From contig NC_068989.1 of assembly GCF_001194135.2 (NCBI RefSeq), forward strand, positions 5,299,159 to 5,363,098: a stretch of DNA of 63,940 nt, in the 5' to 3' direction. Positions 39,791 through 50,800 of this stretch are shown in pieces. The position numbers and the translations under genes were made by a program. The notes under the pieces are model-generated. The model was not told where the DNA came from. It ran no database searches and saw only the letters and a list, made by a program, of their open reading frames with translations. Origin of the DNA: Octopus bimaculoides (lineage: Eukaryota). Position 1 is the stretch's first letter. Every line of letters begins with the position of its first letter.

Positions 39791-41054
39791 ACGCACACAC
39801 ACATATATATTATTTATGAGTGTGTATGTGTATGTATGAATATATATATATATGTGTGCGTGGATGTACGTATAGTATATGTATGTATATACATGTATAT
39901 GAGTATATACATATATATATATGCGTATATACAAATATATACATACATATTTGCACTCACATAAATGTTGTGCGCGTGTTTGAGTATGTGTATGTGTGTG
40001 CGTGTTCGCGCGTTTGAGTGTGTGTATGTATGTGTGTGTGTGTGCACGTATGTGTGCGTGTGTAAATGGATGAACCAAAATTTCTCAGATGCCGTGAAGG
40101 AAATGTCATGCTTGAACCACGTCCTTCACTGCCACTAAATATCCGGAAGTACTTTAATATTATTCCAAAATAGATCGTCTTCATTTGCTTTTGTGATTCC
40201 TTATTCGCAACTAATAAGATCAGGATGTGAGATAAAGATAACGACGTCTCCTTTCTTCTTCTTCTTCAATCATATTTCAAAAATAATTCCAGAAGTGACT
40301 TTACCTTTTCTCCTCTCGGGGATCGATAAAATAAGCATCGATTGAACAGAGGGGTCAATGTGATCGACTTCCCTCTCACTCGAAATTTCAGCCCTTGTAC
40401 GTCTTGTAGAAGAGACTTTTATTCACTACTGGCAGAAATACCTATTTCCAGGCGGTGTTTTGCTACTCCTTTGCTTGTTTCAGCCATTTGACTGCGGCCA
40501 TGCTGGAGCATCGCCTTACAAGGTTTTAGTTGAAGAAATCGACCCCAGGACTTATAAGCCTAGTACTTATTCTATCGTTCTTTTTGCCGAACCGCTAAGT
40601 TATGGGGACATTAACACACCAGCATCGGTTGGCAAGCGATGGCGGGGAGGGGGACAAACGCGCGCACGCAAACATATATGATGGGTACGCAACTGGTACT
40701 TAATTTATCGACCCCGAAAGGATGAAAGGCAAAGTCGACCTCGGTGGAATTTGAACACAGAACATAAAGACAGACGAAATACCGCTAAGCATTTCGCCCG
40801 GTGCGTTAACGGTTCTGCCAGCTCGCTACCTTAGGCATCCTGAATACCATTTTAGCAAGTTTAAAAACTTTGATTTGTTTTGTGCCGTAAACCATTTACC
40901 ATTTCTTTGGCACCCCGCTTCCCTTCATGCCCAAGCACGTGCTTATTTTACTTAATGGTTAATCCTGTGCTGATTGGGTCGCATAACTTTATGTATTTGC
41001 CAATTAATCTAACCTAGTCATACACGGAAAAGAAACGGAGATTAAATTGTGATT

Positions 41055-41260
41055 GTTTAGCCCCAGGTCAGCCCTGATTGAGTAGACCTATGATCAAAGA
41101 CTTTCTATGATAGTTATGACCATCCTGTCCTCTTTTCAGGCTATGTGTGTTTAGGACTACATCATCTCATGTGACCTTCCCTTTTCAAGATTTTTTATGG
41201 GTGTGATTTGAAAGAAATCTGATTGATATTTCTAGTAGGCCGAGCGGCCACTTGGAACCT
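41055..41260. repeat. Interspersed repeat family F (GTTTAGCCCCAGGTCAGCCCTGA..CCTATGATCAAAG..GGTGTGATTTGA..TATTTCTAG), unclassified
   Basis: Similar copies near 31440-31600, 35330-35510, 43500-43630, 53950-54140, 54660-54920 and 55450-55680. Confidence 0.6.
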
Positions 41261-41749
41261 CTATTCAAGTGATAGTGATCATAATTATGATGATGATGAT
41301 GAATGATGAATGATGATGATGCAGTGGTGGTGATAATGATGATACTAATTGAGGACAATGACGATGATGATGTTAGTGGTGATGGTGAGTCTGACAACGG
41401 TGGCGACGATGGTGGCGACGGTAGTGGTGGTGGTGGTGGTGAAGTACTTGACCCTGATAATCTAATGAAAATTCAAGTTCAACTCTCGCATAGCAGATAA
41501 TAGATAAAGCGGGAGTGGGGGTTGGTGGGTGGAACTGACCTTAAATCTGATTGGTTAAAAGCTTTCGCCTTCATATCTTTGGTCAACTCAGCTAAGTATT
41601 TCTACTTGATAAAGATGGCGTTCTTCGTATTAATTAGTTTTTACAATCATTGGCTGCTCAACCAGGTTCTATGGTTAGCCTCTTCTCCCTTTCTCTCATG
41701 GTGTGTGTACATGCATATGTGTGTGTGATTCAGTGTCCCTGTGTGTGTA

Positions 41750-42131
41750 GTGGAGGCGCAATGGCCCAGTGGTTAGGGCAGCGGACTCGTATTTGTAGGA
41801 TCGCGGTTTCGATTCCTAGGCCGGGCGTTGTGAGTGTTTATCGAGCGAAAACACCTAAAGCTTCACGAGGCTCCGGCAGTGGGTGGTGGCAAACCCTGCT
41901 GTACTCTTTCACCACAACTTTCTTTCGCTCTTTCGTCTTGTTTCTGTTGTACCTGTATTTCAAAGGGCTAGCCTTGTCACACTCTGTGTCAAGCTGAATC
42001 TCCCCGAAAACTATATTAAGGGTACACGTGTCTGTGGAATGCTCAACCACTTGCACGTTAATTTCACGAGCAGGTTGTTCCGTTGATCAGATCAACTGGA
42101 ACCCTCGTCGTCGTAACCGACGGAGTGCCAC
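41750..42131 (+). mobile_element. tRNA-derived SINE, family C (head C1 + tail X), full length
   Basis: GTGGAGGCGCAATGGCCCAGTGGTTAGGGCAG..GGTTTCGATTCC head; tail ..GATCAACTGGAACCCTCGTCGTCGTAACCGACGGAGTGCCAC. Confidence 0.85.
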
Positions 42132-42420
42132 GACGACAACGATGTGTCTACGTGTGTACATGCCTTTACATATGTATGGGTGTTTGAATCCTGGATATAT
42201 TCTTTTAAAGCCTGATACTTATTTTATCAGTTTCTTTTTCCAAACAACTAAGTACAAGGACATACTGGTTATCGAGTGATGGTATGGGACAAAGATACAC
42301 ACACATATGACAGGCTTCCATACAGTTACCGTTTACCAAATCCTCTCACATGGTTCCAAAGCAAGCTTCTTAATCACACAGCCAAGCACATGCCGATAGA
42401 CATACTTGCATATACACAAA

Positions 42421-42472
<52 letters not shown>

Positions 42473-42630
42473 TATACATATATACACACACACATACTGA
42501 TACATACATAGAAACAAGATAATTCTATATGTATATACATATACACATAGGATATATATACATCTTTGTTTGAAATCAGCAAAACCGTTTATATTAAGTT
42601 ACTTTTTTTTCACTGTTTTAAATTAATAAA

Positions 42631-42642
42631 TTTATTTTTATT
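42631..42642 (-). terminator. Candidate polyadenylation signals (two AATAAA) about 35-45 nt after the METTL2 stop
   Basis: Plus-strand tttatt at 42631-42636 and 42637-42642; AT-rich context lowers specificity. Confidence 0.45.
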
Positions 42643-42676
42643 TGCTAAATTTCAATGTTGACTAAGAAAATAACAA

Positions 42677-42825
42677 TTAACTCGTTGACAATGGCTTGCG
42701 ATATTTACACTGGATCCACACACGGTACATCTTCAATTGTCGACTTCTGTTTACTTGGAGGCGCCGGTCAATGATGTTCTGCTCTTCCACCAGGCCAGCC
42801 TGGGTGAACATCTGTCTTAGCTCAT
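42677..42825 (-). CDS. METTL2: METTL2 last coding exon 9 (149 nt): [48 protein letters not shown]
   Basis: ccctcccttttccag|AT; TAA at 42679-42677. Confidence 0.96.
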
Positions 42826-44825
42826 CTGGAAAAGGGAGGGCGAAAAAAAAAAAAATTATATATTTGAGTGTTTAATTGAGAAGGGTTTAAAACAGGATGG
42901 TAAGGTGAAGTCGGGAAGATTTAGTCATTATTTCTAGCAGCTGACCGAATGTGGTTAGCCTCTTTTCTCATGGTGTGTGTACGTGTATGTGTGTTTATGT
43001 TTGTGTGTGTGATTGAGTGAGTGTCCCTTGGTGTGTATATGTGTAAGTGAGTGTTTGTATGAGTGTGTGTGTGTGTATATGCAAGGCTGGATTCAAGTCA
43101 ACTTCAGCCCTTATCACATCCTATGTATGTATATTAATAAAATTAAATGCTGGTGCAGACAAGCAAGCCAACAAAGCACCAAAAGACATTTTTCTAGTTC
43201 TTAGTTCTTTGCCTTCTGGCTAGATGCTGCTCCCGTGAGGTTTTGACTTTCAGTTGTTTGAGAGTATAGAATCAGTTAAATGAATACCAGTTATATAATC
43301 GTAATAATGTTGGCACATTTCAATTAACCAGTTTCCCCTCTGAAAAGAAAACTGAAAAAAAATCAACCAACATTTAAATACATCATTTTATTTTTTTCTG
43401 TCTTATGGTGCTAAGGGAGATAATTGCGTGGCAACGGGAGCGCCTGTCCCTGACCGTTTGTTTCACTTGCTCCAAACAGCGTACCTTACTATGCTCTTTT
43501 AAAAAAGGATAGATATAATTTGATAAGGCAGCCCTTATTGTATGAAAGTAAGATGAGATGGTAATAGCTGTGTTACTTTGATCAGAGGTCTATTCTTTAG
43601 AAACATCAGGGACTGACCTGGTCTATACAACAACTGGTCCCTTCCTGCTATCCTGTTGTGACTTGGTAACTCAGCCTATTACTGCATTGTCCCCATACAC
43701 CTTTAAAATGAGGATGACATGTTTTGGTAATCATCATCATCATCATTTAACATCCGTTTTCCATCTGGTACAGAATGGATGGTAAGACAGGAACTGGCAA
43801 ACCAGAGAACAGAACCAAGGAGACATTTATACTAAAATGGTGACAATGTGAGGCACATGAAAACAAGCAGCCAGTTATATATACGATGGGCTTCTTTCAG
43901 TTTCTGCTTGCCAAATCCACTCACAAAGCTTTGGTCGGCCCAAGGCTTTAGTGGAAGACACTTGCCCAAAGTATGATTGTTTATTTCTAGAATGGAATTG
44001 TAGGGTAGTGTGAAAGGCTGAAGTTGGGTGGTTTGAACACAAAAAAGAGGTAGAGTATTTGGGCCGGATAAGACCAGTTTAAATGCTAAAGAGTTAAAAG
44101 AGAGATTTAGCTGCTGTTTCAATGAGAGGCTTGTAATACATGTCTATGTGTGTGTGGCCGGCATTTGCATCTGTACCATCAAGTTACTGAAAGTGAACTT
44201 ACCTTGGGTAAAGAAGTATACTCGAGTACCATCTTGGCGGACATAGAAGTTTTCTGACAAGCATCTACCTGTGGGTGGTAATGGCAAAAGGTAAGAAGAA
44301 TGACAAGGCGTTTGATTCATTGGGGACACAAAGAGACACAAGCTGTATTGGCCTTTGACTTTCCCTTGTGTAACATCGGTGGCATGGAGGGGAGAAGCTG
44401 GTATGCACGGCCTTCCATAACCAACCTTGCCTGTACTTGTGCCTCGGAGAGGAACTTTCTAGGTGCAATCCCATGGTCATTCATGACCAAAGGGGGTCAC
44501 CCAATATATATATATATATATATATATGTGTGCGTGTGTGTGTGTGTGTGTGTGAATAAAAATAAAAGAATATAAAAAAAGGGTTTTGTATGATCGTGTA
44601 TAGAGGAATATATTATTTAAAAGAGTTCCAACTCTGTTTTTTATGTTTTATTTATATTCTTATAAAATTAATGTGGGATATAGAATATGGAATATATAAT
44701 ATAAATAGTAAAATGAAATGAAGTATTGAATGTCTTATTGAATATATGAAATATTGAGTATTAAATATATAAAGGCGCTAGTATACTTTCATGCCTCATG
44801 ACATTCATCAAAGCCCTGTCTGACA

Positions 44826-44897
<72 letters not shown>

Positions 44898-47800
44898 TAG
44901 ATACATGAGGATTTCTGCATAATTCCTGTTGACCAAATTTCCTCCACTAAAAGCTATGTTTGAAGACACATAATGCCCAAGGTACCATGCAGTGAGTTTG
45001 AACATAGAACCATATGGTTTGGAAGTAAACTTCTTAACAACATAGCCACAGCATACCCGACAGCAAACACAATGGATGTAGAAATAGGCTGAAATTATGA
45101 CCTTGTGGTTCAGGAATCGATCACTTTCAACCCCAGATCAACAAACTGTGTTGTCAGGAATCCCTGAAGCAAACCCTGCTTACCTTTCTTGAATCGTAGC
45201 TGGGCCATGTCATAGCGACCGTAATCTCTGAACAGTAAAAGACCTCCTGGTTTCAAGTAACTACTTAATCTGTTCACAGTTTGTTGCATCCTGTAGGGAG
45301 AAAGAGAGAGAGAGAGAGAAGTAGAGTAAATGAAAAGACAGCATTGAAGTAAAAGAGAGGAGACGGAACATTCATTATACCATGACATTCATCATCATCA
45401 TCATTTAACATCTGTTTTCCATGCTGGCATGGGTTAGATGATTTGATTGGAACCAGTAAGCTGGAGAGCTGCACCAGGTTCAGTCTGATTTGGCTTGGTT
45501 TCTACAGCTGGATGCCCTTCCTAATGCCAACCACTCCTTGTTTTAACTCTTTTTGCACCAACAATCACCTGAGATCACACCTGGTTCTATGATGTTAATT
45601 AGTTTAAAGTGGTTGAAATTAAAGCTGTTCACCAATGTTTCATGATAATTTATGTTCCAAGCACTGGCTTAAGAATGACTTAAGTTATTTTACTAAACAC
45701 TTCATTATTTTCAAAATTAGCTAAAAGGAAAAGTAGTGTATTTTAACGGAAATATGGTAATGAAATGGTTAACCCCTCATCTCCCAGGATAAAGCTGACC
45801 TCATTCCCCCCTTGGAGTTAGTAGTCCTGCAAGTTGCATGGTGGCACGAAAAAAGCACCCAGCATGTGCTGTAAAGTGTTAGGTGTTAGGAAGGGTAACT
45901 ACCTGTTGAAACCATACCAAAGCAGACACTGGAGCATGATGCAGGCCTTGGGCCCATAGAGAAGAAGAAGAAGCTGTTGTCATCATCATCATTGTTTAAT
46001 GTCCACTTTCCATGCTGGCATGGGTTGGATGGTTTGACAAGGAACTGGCTAGCAGGGAGCTCTCCAGAATCTAACAGTCTGTTGTGGCATGGTTTCTATG
46101 GCTAGATGCTCTTCTTAACACCAACCACATAACAGAGTGTGCTGGGGGGCTTTTATCACAAGGACAAAACGTAATAGAGCAATTACTTTCATGTATGGAA
46201 GTAGGCAGGAAGAAATAGAAGAACATTTTATGATGAGTGTAAAGTGAAATGGAAGTAAAGATGGTTGTTGAGTGAAGACAAAAGTGGTTCTTACTTGTTT
46301 GGACTAATAGCATTAAGGACAAATATCATAATAATAATATCGAGGCTGTTTTCCTCAAACGGTACTGGAGAATACTCATTGGTGATGTCACATACAAATG
46401 GGTAGCAGCGTGAAGGTTCAAATTCTGGATGTTCCTGTTGAAGTGGGAAGTGATGGCAATTATTTTACTGATGGTCCAATCATTTAAGAGCATCTTTATA
46501 TATATATGTATATATATGCTATCTATCTGTTTATATATATATATAGTTAGTTATGATGGCAAAAATAAATGTCTAAAATTAGCCATCATATGATGGGTAG
46601 GGATAAATAGGAAGTCATTACGAAGGGAGAAAATTTACCAGTGTTACATGGGAGATAACTCCTAAATAAATTATTGTCGTGTAAATGAATTTGTTGTATA
46701 TTGAGTTGTAGTATAAATCAAGTATTGAATTGTGGCGTGACACAATATTGCGTAGCACAGTATATAAGAATATTCGAATGATATCGTCTTACCTTGACAA
46801 GATCAATAGCTTTGGAAGAAAAGTCACAGCAGTATATCACAAGGTTAGGGTTACTGAAATTAACAGAAATTTATAAAATTAGCTTTAATCCTTTCGTTAC
46901 CGTATTTATTTTGCGATTCTCTGTGTTTCTTTCAATTAATTTTAAATATAACAAAGAATTTAATAAAATAACTTAGTTATCATTCAGCTAGTGTTAGGAA
47001 CATAAATTGTGACTACGGTTTGGTGGAAGATTTTAATTCAAAACTTATGGGAACAAGATGTTTGTACTACAAAGCCAGAAGCGGTTTCAGCCGGGTTGGT
47101 ATCGAAAGGGTTAAATAATGGAGGAAGTGCTCACACGCATACACACACACAAACTTTGACGATCAGATATAGGCGAATCTTTTATGTCCCAACATATATT
47201 CAATGGGACTTTGGTTTATGAATGCCTCTCATAATGAAGAAATTGGTTTACAGACAATGTTTCAAAGATAAAAATGTCTTGGGTGACAAATGATGTCTTG
47301 AATAAAGAACACACAGGATAGCAATAAGCTGGGGGTATTGACAAGAAGGGTGTCAGTTTCTGCCGAGTTTCCATTCAGAGCACATCCCTGCTTCAATTCA
47401 ATGTAGCTTCTCTTGAATTTCCTATTGGAAAAATAGTTTTGGGAGACAAATGGTCTGCAGGAATGAATTAAGGTGGTAAATCAAGGTATGTCATAGATTT
47501 AGTTTCTGTGAGATATCCTGTGATCAGAGCTTAAAGATTGTGCTGTTTAACCACAGGCCGACTTTGATTGAGTTAACTACAATGATCAAAATGTTCTATT
47601 ATTACATATAATGTCATTTCAAATTTGAACTTACACTTTTCCATGCTTGCATGGAATTTATTTGAGACAGATTTTCTCCAGATGGATGCTCTTTCTGTCA
47701 CCAACCCTTACCTGTTTTCAAGCATTGACAGACGTGTTTTTGCAGAATAATATCAGAAATGAATGACATTCCTTGCATGACAATGACACTGAGTTATAAC

Positions 47801-50800
47801 TATCGCGTAATGTCAAAAAAGGGAAACACAACCCTACCACCACATATGTGTGTGTACTCTTATCCGCATCACTATTTAATGTCCCCTTTTCCATGCTGGC
47901 ATTGGTTGGATGGTTGAGCAGGAGCTGATGAGCCAGACGACTGTGTGAAGGTCCAATGTCTGTTTTAGCAGGGTTTCTACAGATTGATGCCCTTCCTAAC
48001 ACCAACCAATGAAAATAAAAGTTAGTTATTTTACCAATGCCTTTCAAATTCTCCGCTGCCACTTAACATTCACTTTCCATACTGGCATAGATTGGGGAGT
48101 TTGGCAGGAGCTGGCTAATAGGAAAGCTGCACCCAGCTCCAATTGCCTGTTTTGGCAAGGTTTCTACAGCTGGATGCCCTTCCTAATACCAACCACTTTA
48201 CAGAGTGTACTGGGCGATTTTTTTGTTGTGTTATCGGCACAAATGGCATCACCAAGTAACTCATGAGACCACTTTGCTGAGTCAGGGTGCAATATTAAGG
48301 GGCATGGCTAAAATAGGAAAAGGGGACAGAAACAGGTGTCCTGCTGTAGAGAGGTGATACATGGATAGGAAAATAAAACAATTAAAACATTAAGGATCAA
48401 TTATGAAACTTACTTGTTGGTTTTTAAGACTGGAAAAACTGTGTTGCCTGCACCACAGCCAACCTGACACAAAAAGAGAAAGAAACAGGGATCATTTGAT
48501 AGCAGAGTAAGGGGAGAAGCTACTAAAAACACACTAAGAAAATATAAAATAATCTACTATAATAATTCTCTTGTGTTTTTCTCTGTCACAACGTATCAAT
48601 GAGAAAGGAAGGGGTGATAGGTGAATAAAGAAGGAAGGGGTGATGGAAATTCTATGGTGAAAAAAAAAATCAACCTTGTGTGAGTATACTTACTTTAATT
48701 GACCCTAAAAGGATGAAAAGTACAGTTCACCTCATTGGAATTTGAACTTGGAACGTAAAGAGACAGAAGCAATGTCACTAAGCCTTTTGTCTGCTATGCA
48801 AACAATTCTGTCTGCCCGCCATCTTACATTTGACAATAATAATAGATTTAAGTTTTAGCACAGGATAGAAGGCTTGAATCAAAGCTGACTTTAAACCCTT
48901 TTTTCTTATCTCAATCTCAATTGAGAGAGATGTACAGTGACAGAGATAAAGGTTAGAGGTATGTAGGGATGGATACAGTGAGTGGCAAACAAAGATGGCA
49001 GATATGAGAAACACACAAAAGAAAAGGAAAAGGAGGAAGGATGAAGAAAGACAGTGAAACCCCCTTACTTCGAAGAATCTGTAGATTTTGTCAGGGTCGT
49101 CGTTCACCTCTTCTTCACTCACAGTCACTTGAGGTATGATGGAAGTTGTGGTATTAGTGGAAGCTTGTGATGTTTCATGTTCATTCTCAACTGGTTCCTG
49201 CTCGATGGGGCCTTCGCATTGTTGCTGCTCTGGCTGTTGCTGCTCTTCTGGCACCAGATCACACTGCTCAGAACCGGAACGGGATTTGGATTCTGGTTCC
49301 AGTTCTGGTTCAGATTCTGATTCTGATTGACTGTTCGAAGGATGGGAATTTGGTGGTTCGAGTTTCGCTTCTGGAGCTAACTCTGGAAACTCTGTGAAGA
49401 GCCAGTGCCGATCTTTGAAGAATTTATCCAGGTGTAACTGGTAAAAATGGTCCCAGAACTCATAGGCCTTGTCTTCATATTCAACTGATTAAAAAAACAG
49501 AAAAGAAAATTTTAAAACATGAAACATTCTTTTTATTCTTTTATTTGTTTCAGTCATTTGACTGCAGCCATGCTGGAGCACCACCTTTAGTCGAACAAAT
49601 CAACCCTAGGACTTATTCTTTGTAAGCCTGATACTTATTCTATCGGTCTCTTTGGCCGATATAAGTTACGGTGATGTAAATACACCAGCATCAAAATTTC
49701 CCCAAGGCACTTGATGAAGGTTGGAGGGTATATCAGTGTGTGTGTGTGTTCGTGCGTGCATGTGGGGGTGTGTTTGTCTCCCAACATCATTTGACATCAG
49801 TGTTAGTGTTTATGTCCCTGTAACTTAGTGGTTTGGCAAAAAGAGACTGATAGAATAAGTACCAGGTTTAAATTAAAAAAAAAAGTACTGGTTTCAATTG
49901 ATTTGACTAAAAGTGCTTGAAGTGGGTGCTCCAGTATGGCCACAGTCAAATGACTGAAACAAGTAATGGATAGAAGATGAAAGGATAGAGATGACTGGTG
50001 ACAAGGATCATCAAATGACTAACAAAGATATTAGTAGTAGTAATGGTGGTGGTGGTAGTAGTAGAGATGGTTTTGAAAGTGCTAGAAGAGGTAGTAGTGG
50101 TAAAGGTGATGGTGGTGGTGGTGGTGGTGGTGAAGAGGGTGGGCAGTGTATTTTGATTGGATGTTCTTCTCTCACCTTGTTTCTCAAACGACACGAGGTC
50201 AGCAGCCTGTTCTTCGGTAATACGTCGAGCTTCAGATTCTTGTGATGCATCCCAGACGACATTGTCCCTGGATGGAAGAGTGAAAAGAAAAAAAAANNNN
50301 NNNNNNNNNNNNNNNNNNNNNNNNNNNNNNTTTCATACAAAATTCCAGAATCAGCTAATAATATTTTTGAACAATTAGGCGAGATTTTATTTACATATTT
50401 TATAAATTATTCAGAGGGGATGGTCATTAGGCTTTCATTTGTAACGCTCCACCTTTGTAAGCGAGAATGAAGCAACCAATGTCCATTCTGGACATGTGCA
50501 AGGCAATCTCATGCATCATGGTTTCGTTCCTGAGCTGCTCTATATCAACTGGAGTCTGTGGAACCAAACACAATATGTGATACCGAAAAGTAAGTAAGTC
50601 CCTTGGACATCATTCTCTCAAGTCCTAGGACTTATAAGGCTGGCTACCCTGTTTCAATGGCATGTAAGCTATTGAAATCACAACCCCCCCCCCCCTTTCC
50701 TGAATGGAATGTGATCCCATCACAGGGTTCCTCATTTACAGCTGAGTGAACTGGACCAATGTAAGATGAAGTGTTTTACTCAAGAACACAACACATTGAC

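Noticed and set aside
41750-41825. tRNA genes at SINE heads (also 25890-25960, 31088, 60436)
   Set aside because: A/B boxes are present but there is no complete cloverleaf, and each continues into a SINE body.
48778-49254. Supplied 158-aa ORF as a stand-alone gene
   Set aside because: It is the 3' part of METTL2 exon 3 read through the donor at 49068 into the intron.
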